From positions 32,001 through 96,000 of IMG/VR virus record IMGVR_UViG_3300032242_000550: a stretch of DNA of 64,000 nucleotides. One strand, written 5' to 3'. The first letter of the stretch is position 1; each line of letters starts with the position of its first letter. This DNA comes from a virus. The notes beneath the pieces are model-generated. The model saw only the letters and a list, made by a program, of their open reading frames with translations. It made no database searches and was not told the origin of the DNA. Below, one piece after another: positions 17,963 to 32,900 of this stretch. Position numbers and translations under genes: made by a program.

Positions 17963-20900
17963 TTAAGATACATCCGTATTTAAGAAATATGCTGCCATTG
18001 TTTCGCTAATTTGCAACGGATCGCCCTCTACTACATTGTAAACATTACTATTCCAAGTTACATTATACTCAGGTTCTGGTAATAAATTAGTAGATAATAT
18101 TCCGTATACTTCGGTATACAACGGAATATATGTTTGTTCTCCGGTACCATTTGCACCACGCTGTAATCCTGTAATAGTATTATTATCTAAATCTACTGTT
18201 GTAAATCTAATTTGCTCACCGTTAATATATAACAAGTTACCCATAATCGTAGTTATAACTAGTTGATCTCCTGTGCTTACCTGACTGGTTATTTCTAATA
18301 CCGGAGCTAAATCAATGACTACCACAGAATAATGACTAGAACTTACATAACTACTTGTGGTTGTATTATATACAATTACTTGAGAAATAGTGTTCTTATC
18401 AGCATTTAAACTTATACTTGTAACTCCACTAACTACTGCCGGTGCAATAACATTTTGTACTACAGTATCGGTAATTCTAGTTACATCTGCCACATATATT
18501 GTTTCATCTGTGTAATTTAATGGTTCAACTAACCAAGTAGTAGTGTTACTATTTGCTCTAAATACAGTACCAAAACCATTCTTGTTAACGTTTTGTATGT
18601 ATACCAATTCGTTAGGAGTTGCATTAGGTACCATACTAGTTATAGTAATTTTGTCACTAGATACAATTGGAACTAATATACTTAAATTATTATTGTTGTT
18701 CAAATACAATGATGCAGGAGGTACACGGTATCCGTTAACAGTGACCCATAATCTGTTAACATTGATTTGGTCCCAATAATTGTTAATTATGAATGATGTA
18801 TTCTGCCAGATATAACCACCTGAAACATATGTAGAAACATTTGTTATTGGTATATTAATCGCTGTCAAACTAGCTGAATATGCAATCTCATACAAATCAA
18901 CTTGGGTAGTATTAATTACATGTACATAATACGTATTGTTGTTTAATTGTACAGAACCAACTGTTCCGTTAATTCTTATTACATTATTTGTAGATAAATT
19001 ATGTGCTGTACTAGTTGTTACACGAACAGCAGGTTGTCCACCTACAGTAGTTACCATGTTGCCACTACTTGTTGATGTTATAGTATATACTGGACCACCT
19101 AATGTAGCACTAATAGTAAAATGTGTTGGATCTACTATAGAGTTAATATAATAAACTGTACCGTCAGTTAATATATTTGCAATACTAATTCCTTTAAATT
19201 GTACAGTCTGGTTAACAATAAAACCATTAGTAGAAGTACATGTTAATTGATTTGGTCGTACTCCGTCAGTGGATATTGTTGTATCCGTAACATACGTAGT
19301 AGCTAATGGTGTAGTAATTTGATTACTAATACCAGAAATACTTACAACAGATTTACCACTAAGATCATATTGAGTATTGAAATATTGACGATTGGTTAGG
19401 TTATAACTTGTTACAGCTATAACATCGTTTAAAGAAGCACCAGTAGTTAGTGTTAATACGTTGGTAGTATCATTGATAGAATACCCACTACTTAAACGTA
19501 TACCATTCTTCTCAACTATTGCATTTGTAGGATTATCACCACTTACATAGTTAGTTAAAATAAAGGTAGTTTGTCCTGCAGTTGCAACAAATTTCTCTGT
19601 TTCTGGTACTGTATATCCATATTGGATTCCAAAGGTCTCGCCAAATACAGTATATGTTAAATAGTCCACTGAGTCATCATATTGTGCCGCAAATACTAAT
19701 TTTGCGGTGATACCGTTATCAGTTATACCAAATGTATAATCATTAGTAACTGCAACTGCACCTCCAACATGTGTGGTTAGTGTTAATGTTGGACCACCTA
19801 ATGTAGATGAAATCGTAAAGTTAGTACCATCAACAATCGTTTTAACATAGTATGTAGTTAATGAACTTATTTGAGGGCAGAATATAGTGTCACTAAAGAC
19901 AATCGTATCATTTACTGCTACACCATTAGTAGTATTACATGTAATAGTATTAGTAGAACTAGAAGTACTTGTTATAGTAAGAGTATGTCCACTTACTAGT
20001 TTAGTACCGTTATGATATACTATAGGATCTGTCCACGGCGCTCCACTACCAATTTGAAGTTCTACAACCATTGATCCGGTATCTGTAGATAAAGCAAATG
20101 TAGGACCTGCTACACCATTTACATTGGTTGCTGAAATAGTAATTCTATTTGTTATAGTACTGATTGTTTTAACATAATAATGTGTATCTGCAACAATATT
20201 ACCAAACACACCACCTTGGAATACGATTTGGTCATTTAACGTAAAGTACTCAACATTTTCACATAAAATAGTATCAGTTACGCTATCTGTCTCTGTTGCA
20301 ATAACATTAATTGGTTGTGTACCTGGACGAATTAATCCGGATCCACTGTTTAGTGTTGCTGAATAGTTGCAATTTAAATATATTTCATTGAATCCAGTAG
20401 TATCATTAGTTCTGATAGGGTCTGCTTGTGAGTTAGATTTCTCTAATTGATAACCATTACCCACTTCATATACTTCTATCATTAAACTATTACCCATAGA
20501 TAACGGTGTAGCTAATGTAATTGTTTTTGTAATCCAATTTACACTAAAGCTAGGTGAATATAATCTTGTTGCTAATTGAGTTGCCCCATTAACATTATAT
20601 ACTGATAGTTGAGCCGGTGTCTGAATTAATCCATCAAAACTAAAGATCAATTGACCTGTAACAGGAGTAATTTGTTTTGTCATCACGTTGTACCCAACGT
20701 GTTGATATATATCAGCATCCCAGTTTGTGCCTGGTCGGGTATTAACAATCATGGTTAAGTTATCAGTAACTACACCTGGCACCAATTCTTCAGGGCCGTA
20801 ACCTGCAGTAAATTCGTCTCCAACAATATCATAAACTGTAGGTTCTGTGACAAATATATTGCTAGATGTCCACATGGTTCCGTTCGTACTCTTAAGTATA

Positions 20901-23900
20901 ACATTATTGTTACCAGTAGCTATAAATTCTCCTACTGTGTTATTCCATATTACACTATTTAAATCTTGTGTAGTACCAGATGTCACTGTGGTCAATACAT
21001 TACCGTTTAGTTTACCGATATATCCTGAACGACCTACTATTATAAAGAATCCAAGACTACTAGAATATACAATATCTATTAAGCTTTGTGACCCACTACT
21101 AATATTAGTCCAGTTACTACCGTTAATACTTGTTAATATTGTTCCATTATTTCCAATTACAACGATAAGACCATTACCGCTAGTTACACCGTGTAGTGTA
21201 GGTGTTAATGCAGAAGGGGTTACATTAGTCCACGTTATTCCATTCAAGCTTTGTAATATAACACTCTTAGATCCTGTAGGTATAACACTATAATCAGGGC
21301 CTGTTCCTACCGCTATAAATCCATTGTAATTAGTGATGGCTATACCAGATACACAGTATAGTGTTACAGCAGTAACATTATATCTTTCTACCCATGTAAA
21401 TGCATCACTACTTGAAACAATACTAGTTCCTACACCAACATATACACTATTTAAGTATGCAACACTATTCAAACTTGTGCTGCCGATAGATACTGATCCG
21501 GCTGTTAAACCAGTTGATGCCCAAACAACACCGTCAGTACTAACAAAGATAGGTGTTGCTGTGTTTTGTGAGCTTACAACATATTTTGAACCATTATATA
21601 ATATATCACTTAATGCAACAGGTTGCTCTGTTATCTTATTAGATAACCATGTACTACCAGTAGTACTAGTTGCTATATCTGAATATGTAGGTGTATTAGC
21701 TGATGTAAGGTATCTACTACCGTTCCAAGTCACAGAAGTAACATCCACCTCTGTTGGTGAGAATGGTCTATCTTCTAATATAGTGTCTAACGGAAATTCA
21801 TCAGCTGGAGCAAATGCATTACCCATATATGTACTGTTTGGATATGTTATACCATCTACTAGTTGTGTTAGGTCTAGCCCTGGCATATTTACAGTAGGAG
21901 CATAGTAGCCTACAATTCTATCTAATGCATTAAGGTTACTATTGTCGCTAGATATTTCTTCCCATTTACCAAATACAAACTGTGTATCATTGTTACTTAT
22001 AATACATTGATAAACTCTGTTGTTATACTTAACTATGCTTTGATTTAAACTGAATGGTTCTGGTAATACAATATAGTCACCGGCATTATATTCTAAACCA
22101 ATCCCACTTACTGGCATTTGTAATAATGGATCACTGTAAAGACCACATGTTGTTGCTGTAATTACTTTCAAGTAATATTTTTCTACTATTTCATTAGGAG
22201 TACCTGAACTAATAAATGAAGCAATCTGTCCATTAGTACCTATACCTGTAACTGTTATTACTAAATCATTAGCAGGAGTTGTTCCACCAATAAGAGTTCC
22301 TAAAATAGTTATAGTATTATTTACTGCATAACCTAAAGTAGAACCTATTAACAATGACTCATAACCACCTAATATAGTACGTACATTAACTGTAGGAGAT
22401 AATAATATCTCTTGTGTCAATACTATATCAGTAGACTCATCTGTTAATGTTTTAATACCACCGCCTAATGTATCTGATATAGTGATATACGGTTGACCAG
22501 TTACTGTTAAGTTTGATCCACTATCACCTGTCAAGTCTACTTCAGAACCTGAAGGAGTTAATGAAATCTTGAACTGTGTACTGGTAATTGAGCCGGGCAA
22601 TACATAATATGTAGTATCTAATACGATTCCACCAAAAGCTGCACCAGTAAACATAACTGCCATATTACCATAGAAACCATTAGTAGTTGTACAAGTTATT
22701 ACATTACTAGCACTTGTAGATGTTACTTGTGTTTGCACAGTGCCTAATCCTGCTACATAATATGTTGTGCCACCGATTAATGTACTATAATTTGTAGGTA
22801 CTGTGAATGGCATATTAACGTAAATATTACTTAATCCACCACTAACAGATGATATACTTAAATAGTTACCTGACGATGTAGCATTATCTATTGTACGTTC
22901 TATTAGATTACCGTTTGTTCCACTTAATCCTGTAACAAAATTTGTTGTAGGATAGAATGTAAATTGTTGACCATTAATCTGTCCGGGACTTAATGGTATT
23001 CCAGCATTACATATCATAGAACCAGTACCAGATGACAATTTTACAGTATTCTTTTGATTTGTACCAATCATTGTTACTGTGCTAGTTCCAGGATTAAATA
23101 CTGCACCATTGATTGTAGTAGATAATTGGAACTGAACTGCATTAGTAATTGTACTTACATAGTATGTTGTACCTGCTATAATATTAGTTGATCCACTAGT
23201 AACAGCTAAATTAGTAAATATGATTGGATCATTTACTGATAATCCCAATGTAGTTTCACAATTAACAAAATTACCAGATGATGTAGTTGATGTAACATTA
23301 ATCATTACTGGATCAGTTGACGTAGACATGGTAAATGTTGTATCATTGATTACAGTAGTTACATAATATGTTTCATTATCAATAACTCCACCAAACACAT
23401 TACCTGTAAAGAATATTGGTAATCCGTTATAGAACCCTGAGGTACCGCCTGATCCAGTAGCATTTAACGGAATAGTTATAGTATTAGTTGTACCTGTAGT
23501 AGTAGTTGCTGTTAGTATACCAGGATAGAAAAGTGTTACTATTGCTGTATCAGTAGTTTCACCTACATACATTAATAACCCTGCACTACTGATAGTTGCA
23601 TCACCTAATTGGAATGTTCCGCCACCAATTGTAGCAGATATAGTAATATCTGTCTCATTCAATATTGATTTAACATAGTAAGTTGTATTATTAACTAACA
23701 AACTACTGCCAACTGCACCTTGGAATTTAACTGGCATATTAACATAGAAACCAGTTGTAGGTCCAACGTAACCTGCATCAGGTGCACCGCCGGTTGATGG
23801 TGCAATCGTAATTACATCTGTAGATGCAACCGTTGATATTACATTTCTAGTACGTGATGACCATGTTAGTGTTTCATTGTTGGTAAGATTTTGAATTTCT

Positions 23901-26900
23901 AATGTTGCACCTTGACTACTAGCCAATATTGTATTAATTGAAGGCTGTGTAGAAGATAATATAATGCCAGAACTAGCTATGTTTTGTGCATTTGTATACG
24001 ATCCTGCATATGCACTACCATAGAATGCGCCACTTACCCAATCAGTTAGTGATGCATTATAAGATGTTCTATCAAATTTCAATGTTATTTGATTTTCTCT
24101 TGTTGGTACAGATGTTGTTACACAACTTGCTCTTGGAGTAACACTTAATGTGTTGTTACTACCAAAACCAGCATTGTAGAATACTACTCTATTTGTATCA
24201 TTGATTGCATCACCGTAACTAGTATACAATCCAATTGCAAATGTTGGAGTATTTTCTAGTACATTTACATAATAATATTGGTCAACCTCTAGTCCACCAA
24301 CTGGTGTAGTATCAGCACCAACAGTATATTTTATTAAATCCCCTGTTTGTAGTGAGGGAGCAGGTAATAAGATTATATCTGTTACAGTACTTACATCAGT
24401 TGATGCAAAGTTTACTGATATAGAAGGCTCTATAACAATCTTTGGTAGTACAGCATATCCCTCACCCGCATCAATTACATCTATACGTAATATTGAGTCT
24501 AGGTTCATCACAGCTTGCAATACTGCTTCACGTCTTGGTGCTGGATACATTGGATCAATATATGCAACTACTCTAGGTGCAGTAGCATATCCACGCCCAC
24601 CGTTTAATACTAATACAGCTGGTAGATCAATAGTGATTATTTCACCAGGTAAATGTGTTGATATAGTAGTTCCATCAACACCGCGAGTTAATCCACTTAG
24701 TGTACTAGTTGAACTATCTACAGAAGAATAACCAATTAACTCTTCTCCGATTAATATCGTACCATTAATTGGGAAGCCATATGCGTTATCAACTACTAAA
24801 ACATTACTGTTTAATGTAATATATGATACCGATACTGTAATTTTATAGTTTTTAACACCGGTAATAGACAAACCATAATTGTTAAACCACTGACTATATA
24901 ATTCAGTCTGCCATATTGGATCACTTGGTAAATATTGATTTATACCACTTGGATTAGCATATACTAACTCAGGAGTAATGAATTGTTGCACATCAGTATT
25001 ATATTGAGCCGGTAAATCAAAATCTGTGATTAGACCAGGATATACATCTGTACCTGTATATTTAAACAAGAAGTCTTTAATAACCACATGATATGGTTTA
25101 ACTTCATTAATATAGCCACTTAAGAAATCTTGGTTATCAGATTGAAATACTTCTAATGGTAATAATTCACGAATAGTATGTCCAACATCAACAAATGATG
25201 TTTTGTTTAACCATGGTAAATAGTTTTGTGCTTCAATGGTTTCACTTTGAATATATTCAAACAATAGAATCAAACTATTATTTCTATAGATCAATAATTC
25301 GTTAGTGTAAATTTCTTCATTCAATGCTCTAACAATATTACGTGTTTCACGTGATGGATATGTATCATATGGTGTAGTATCAAAGAAGTTATCACCAAAG
25401 CCTAATCTTGCACTTGAGTAATCCCATAAACTACTACTAAACTCAATTGTACCATTTTGTAAGCCAATACGTTCCCAAACATTTGTATTAGTATATACAT
25501 ATGTCTCAGATTTACCATCACCATTTGCGGCAACAGTAACAATCAATCCTGGAGTAGCATCTATTGTTGACAAATCTGCATACATAGGTACTTGTAATGC
25601 TGATTTAGTATTATTATCATACCCAGTCGCCCACCAATTAATATAATTCCAATAGTTAGTTGTATCATATATTAATGTTACTGGACCTAACCATTGTGGG
25701 TTATCAAGTGTAGATGGATTATATGCGCCATTATCATTATCAAATAAGAAATTAGAATGTCTAGTCTCTGCTATTGGATATTGTGCTAATACTTCATTAG
25801 CATAAGTCAAATAATTCTTTAATGCAAGGAATCTATTGACAAAGAAGCTTTGTCTTGGTCTTGCATATATACCATATTGTACTGGTTTAGGTAAGTATGG
25901 GTCAGGAACAACAGCTCCGGATTCATCTACACCACATAAACTATCCAACATTCTATCATATAATGATTCTGGTACATCTAATCCAGTAGTGCTAGGTAGT
26001 CCGGGTAAGAAATCATCTGCATACTTAGTACGTATTAAACTGTATAAACCATGTGATACATCATCATTTGTGCCGGTAGAGAAACCAATATGTAATACTG
26101 TATCGTTTGCATTAATGTTACTACCACAGTTATATAATGCAAATATATCTTGTTCTAACGGACTAAAGTAACTGATACCAGAATTTGTAGGTGACGCAAT
26201 ATAACTTTGAATGATATTATCAGATAGTGTTTTACCCTGCTTAGTAAAAATTATATTAGTATTTCTTACCCAATAGAAATATACCGGAGCTAATACACCT
26301 GTGGCATTTAATACATATTCTATTGCATATGAATCAATATTATATGGGGTGCCAGGACCAGGGTATGCTATTGGTAATACATTACTAGTTATCCAACTAT
26401 AAACAGTTATATCACTACCAGGGAATACTTGTCCCCACCATTTGCTATTATATACAATATCATTCTGATGATAATTTACAAATCTTGTAGTACTAGTATT
26501 GAACCAAATCTGACCAAGTTGTGCTGTTCCCCATACCATAGCACCTTTATTAACATTAGGACTATTATAACCAGCTGGATCAACATTTGATACTACATCA
26601 ATGTTCTGTCTAACTGAGCCTAATATCTTGCCTTGTAACGGATCAATATAATCTAAATTATCTAATGTGTTATTAGTACTAGCACTATATAATTGAATAT
26701 TTTGAATTCGGTTAATATCAACTACTGGACTTGAACTTCTATAAACACTCCAATCAGGTGTACCTGTAGTATTAATATAAGTTACTATCTGTCCAGCAAC
26801 TGTTGTTGGTTTAAAGTTTGGCGTACCAATAACAACATGTGACGCATTAAACTCTAATGCATGACCATATAACGGTTGACTACCATATGTTTCATTAATA

Positions 26901-29900
26901 TCATTTACACTCTGTGCATATACAAAATTACCAACATTTGCTAAAGATTCATTATATACTGATAGGTAATCAAACATATATACTGCACCGGCATTCTTAT
27001 ATGTGTCTACCCACTGAGTAGCATTATTGTCAAACAATGTGTCGTTGTCATAATTCTCATCATCGGTACTATCAAACGTTGTTGCTTCATAACGTGTACT
27101 AGTAGGTGCACTTACAACAAATGAATCAAATTCATTAAACTTTACTACACTACCAAATTGTGTTGTACCTTGACTATGTGGATCATTAATTACTTGAGTA
27201 AGAGTATATACATTAAATCCTAATTCAGCCCACGTGGCACTATTTAATACAGCAATACTAAGCTTATTATTAGATAAAGCTAGTGCATTGTCTATTAAGC
27301 TAATAATTAATTTACCATTAATTGATGTTGATTGTACGTTAGTGATATTTGCGTGATTGATAGCTGTAGATGCATCAACTGCATTACCAACCGGTAATGT
27401 TACTATATAACCATTAATTAATATAGTTCTAGGTGTAGTGATATTACAATCAACTGTACCAATAACCATACCATAACTGCCGCCGCCATTAGTATAACGA
27501 TAAACAGCACCTTCTTGGTTTAGTTCATTCAATTCAAACGGTGCACCAACTAGTATCTCAGTAGCATATGAATTTGTATCTACACTAGTACCAAACTGCA
27601 CACCAATTCTAGGAGTATGTTCTGTTGTTAGTGTTTGGTCAAATACAAAATTATTACTACTGATATTAATAATATCACCTGCTAATAAACTCTGAACTAT
27701 ACTAATAGTAGATCCTACAGTGTAATATAAAGAATCACTAATTACAGTGCCATTAACTGATACATAAAGAGGTGTATCTTGTTGTACCGCACTCATTGAT
27801 CCAGTAAGTGTAGACAATTGTAAAACCGATCCTCCACGTGTAGCGGATACTGTAAATGAATTACTAGTTGGCTTTGTTAGTACATAATAAACTGTATTCA
27901 ATGATACCCCACCGTATACATTACCGGTGAATATAATTGGTGTACCTATTAGTAAACTAGATACACTATTAAGTGATGTAAATGCATCAGATGTAGAATC
28001 TGTAGAAGTAATGTCAGTTATAGTTGTTGTATACGGTGTCCATGCCAATGTGAATGTTTGTGGAACATAAGGTATACTTGTAAATTGTGCTTCAACGTTT
28101 TGTGTAGTTCTGTTATATACATATGTATAACCCCAATTATCTATTTCAGGACTATAGTTTTTAGTTGGGGTACCTATTACTACAGTACTACCGTAATAAT
28201 CAGTTGCAATTGAATGACCAAAACTTTCAGATGGTGTTAACCCTCTGTTAATTACAGTAGAATATTCATATAAACCAGTGGTACTAGATAAACGGTAAAC
28301 ATATACTAAACTAGCAGATGATGTAATTGCTGAGATATATAACCACTTAGTATCACCCGAAATAGCAACAGAGCTACCCCAATTTGTAACACCAGCTGGT
28401 GCTGATATATAGTAAGGAGCCCATGGTTGATTTGGTATAGGATCAATTACAGCAGAACTTAATGGAACCAATTGGTCAAGTAACGTATTGGTTATTAATT
28501 TATATATATAAACACGTGGTGTACCTGTAGGTTGTGATATGACATATATATCATTACTATGTTGAATAGTAGTACCATATGTTGTAGTACCAGTTAGTGT
28601 TTGTCTCAATTCATATCTATTAAACAATTGGTTAAAGACATAACGATATGCTTCACCGGCAACTGCATCACCTACTAGATATCCTAAGGTATCTGTATAA
28701 GCCACCGCACTACCAAATGTTTCTGAACCTTCTTTAACTAATTCACTGTCATAGAGATAATTTAGACTTTTACGATATACTGCCCAATCACCATTGGTAT
28801 CTGTATCTACCCAAACTTTATTTTTAACAAATTCACTATTCAATAACGGTAAATTTATAATATCGCTTGGGTTATCTACACGTTGTGATTGGAACTTAAA
28901 TCCAATGCCCTGACCAGTTATTGTAGTGATTGCTGGATCTAGTGTTACATTAACTAAAACACTGTTTAGGTCTATTACTGTATTAACTATATAATAACCA
29001 TTCAAGCTAGTATTAAAATTAACAACAGCAAAAGGCTGATATTTTGTTAAGCCGTGTGGATTATTAAACACTAAAGTTGCAGTACCATTTAAGTTATTCT
29101 TTGCAAATATTATTGAACCCAAACTTACTGGGGTCATTACTTGCCAAGTACCTTGATAATCAGCTAACCAAACATATTGACCTACATATAGTTTTGATAT
29201 AGGTGTTACACTACCACTAGGTGAGGTACTGTTTGCTAAGTTATAGTAATAGTATGCCGCAATACGCACATCATTGAAATTAACATAACCTGCAGTTGGG
29301 AATAACGTTGAAGGTGAATCTGGTGGTAATAATGGTAATACATTTGTATTAGTAATAGGACGACCATAATTATATAGACTATATAACGGAACTTCTTGTT
29401 GTACTCCGTCTGTAGGTACTCCATTAGTTAGCCCAACAATACATGGGTTACCTGTTAATTCAGATTGATTAAGTTTAAAATCAATAAAGTTGCTGTTTAA
29501 TACACCACCAAACTCTCCTGACTTAATAGCCCAATTTTCATAGATATTATAGTCAATACCACCTTGTGGTAAGTTTGCACCCTTAAAGGCGCTGGCTGCA
29601 TTTAATGTACCTTTGTTCTTAATAAAGTTTTTATAAACATTAATTTGAGTAATTTCAGTTAGGTCAACTAATGCTAAGTAATCACGTGGACGATAACCAA
29701 TTAAACTGAAACTTAATAGGTCTGCATCGTTTTCTAAATTAGGACGATTTACATCATAGTATAGTGTACTTTCAAATGAACGTGTACTTGTATTAGGTAA
29801 TAATCCTTTTTGAATTTCATTATAAGGAGTTTCTTTCCACTCACGTTCTTCAAACACTTCTTTAGGTTGTATGATAGTAAGAGCTATCCAATATTTGTTT

Positions 29901-32900
29901 TTATACTTAACTATACTACCAGTTGTATATTTTACTGTCTTGTTCCAATCAAGTATATTATCTTGATTTAAGATAAAGCCTTGTGCATCAACTGTACCAT
30001 TCCATTCAGCAGTTTTCGCACCACGTACTAATATACGATTTTGACGTAACCCTGTAGGCAAATTATATATGACATCGGCAAACAATGTTACATTATCAAA
30101 CACGATACCATGTTCAAAGTTACTAATATTAAATTGTCCATATGCAACAGTATCACCTTGATTCAAAGGTTGTGCAGTAAATAATGTTCCATCACGTACT
30201 ATACTTAAATCGGTACTTTGTATTGGATATAAATTTTGATTTAGTAAAAAGTTCTGTTTTTGTAATGTCAATGGCTGAACTATATAGCTATCTTTATTGA
30301 TAGAAATAAGATTAGAAGCTGGATTGATATTAACAATACTACCTACTTCCCAACCACACTGTGCCCAATATAAGTATTCGGCTACCATTTGTTTCCAACT
30401 TACTTCTAGGCCAGATTCAATTTGGTCAAATAACACACCCTGACTTGCTAAATATCTGCCGTAACCATCTAAAAATTGTGCTACTTCTTGTACTGTAACA
30501 AACTCAGTTCCATACGCTACTAATTGCGGAGTGTCGTAATAATTTTTAGCCAGTTGTACACTTAACCCTTGTACAGATACTCGTTCATAGTTACCATTAA
30601 TTTTTGGTTTTAATATTTTAAAATATGCATTAGTTTGACTATTACCATATACTTTATAACCAGTCTCTGTCAATTGCACAACCACACCGCTATATACGAT
30701 TTTATCAAAAGGTTGATTGTCATACAACAATACTTGATAGCTTTCGTCAGGTATCAATAGACTACTATTGTTACTATTGGCAGTTGATTTTTCAACATAA
30801 AATTTTAATAAATTCTTATCACTAAACCCAGCTAATCTATAAACCAATCTGACATCTATGTTGTTTAACAAATCAGTAATATTAGTAGTTGCGTCAACAC
30901 CTGCTTGTTTTTCGTAGTCAACAATCCAGTTGATATAACTTGTTTTAGCTATACCATTACCATAGATTTCTACATCACTTATAACTAAATGACTTCTATC
31001 GTTTACCAAATATTGACCAAATTCTGTATTATATTTGTAGTTGTCAATATCTACACCCAGATTATAGAATTCTGCTGGTTTAGTTAATGCCAATATACGC
31101 ATTAAATCAAAAGGCCAGCTACTACTTCTACGATAGCTGAATTCAGCAGGTCCAACATCACCCACTACCCAATCACGATTAAATGATGTATTGCTATAGT
31201 TACCTACAATAGAAACAAAAGGTGATACTAGATTACCTTGACTATCTACAGGTAACACTTGTAATAATTCTGGACGTATTGCGCTAGGTATCACGACTGG
31301 ATGTCCGTTATTATAATCAATACCTTGAGCTAAGTCATTCCATAATATTAAGTTATCACTAGTATATGGTGCCATACCATATCTACTTGTCCACCAAGTT
31401 GGTTCATCTGTATAACCCAACATCTCCCATGGACTAGTATCTGGATTACTAGTATCATAGAAATATTCATATATACCTCTCCAATAACCTTGAGGTATAA
31501 CTGCTCCGTTTATCTTATTACCACTTTGGTTATAGTTGTATGAATATTGATTGTTAGAACTATAGAATTGTTTTTTATAATTAATTCTATTTTGTCCAAC
31601 CCAATCTAAGAAGCTAGTTGAATAAATCTCTAATATTTCATCATAACTATAATCAGTATCTCTAAAGAAGCCTGGTAATATTTCATATTCTTGAATTGGA
31701 ATAATATTACTTAATTTTAAGTTATTATAGATACGTTTCTCAAACTCAAGTAATACCTGATCTCTAAAATCAAACAATATACCATCAATATATTCACCAT
31801 ATAACTTATTATATGAACCATCATGCCCTACAATAAAATACGTAGGTTGATAATATGATGAATCTAGTACAACTGTTGGTATAGTAGATGGGTATAATCC
31901 CAATTTCGTTGGTGTATTAGGGACATAACTACCGTATGTTTGATTATATTCTTTAATAGTAATTTGATCGCCGGCATTTAAATCTAATGTAACTGTTAAT
32001 GAAGGACTATCAGTACTTACGGTATAGTCAACTCCGCGAATTAATTGTGTAACTATACCTAATGTATTAGTTAAATAAACCAATATACCATTATAGTTAG
32101 CTGTGGCAAAATTATATACTTTACTCAATGGATATATACTTACATCCAGTGCATTTGCAAAACTATAGGTATTAGAAATATATGCCGCTTTACTTGGCAA
32201 CATATCACTCCAGAAGAAACTATTACTATCTGTTTTTGATTTAGTAATAGTATCTAACGCATCATCTAATAATGTTGCAGGTGATACACGTTGTACATAA
32301 TCTGTTGTATTAACTGTATCAACCAATAATGTTTTAAAAGTAATATACTCTCTGCTGTTGTACATTAATGCATTAAACAAGTTATGATTTTGTTTACGTA
32401 AAAATGTACCTGGCAATACTAAACTTGCACTATTTTGAATAATCTTATTACCATAAGGAACCATATTACCCAAGTCACGGTAATTGTTTGGACCAAATAC
32501 TTCTCCGGTAGTGTTAGGATTATTGTAAAAACTACTTTGATATTGACCGCGAATATCACCCACGTTGACCATAGTGATATCAGCGTTTAATGGGTTATTA
32601 TTTAAATTAATGGGTATGCCATAATAAGCAGTTTCACTTACTTGATTACTCAATAATAATATTTCAACTACTGTATCTATTGCTGGATTAGGTACACTAA
32701 AGGTTACAATAGTTTGTGTATCATTTGTAGTTACCGTATAGTCACTTGTATATTGAATTTTATTATTAACAAAAAGTTGTATAGTAGGCCATGGACTATC
32801 CATGTCAGCTAATTTAGCAATATCACATGTATATGTTGTAGTAGGATTATTAGCATAATAATTAAATTCAAATACTTGATATTGTACGCTAGGGCCAACT

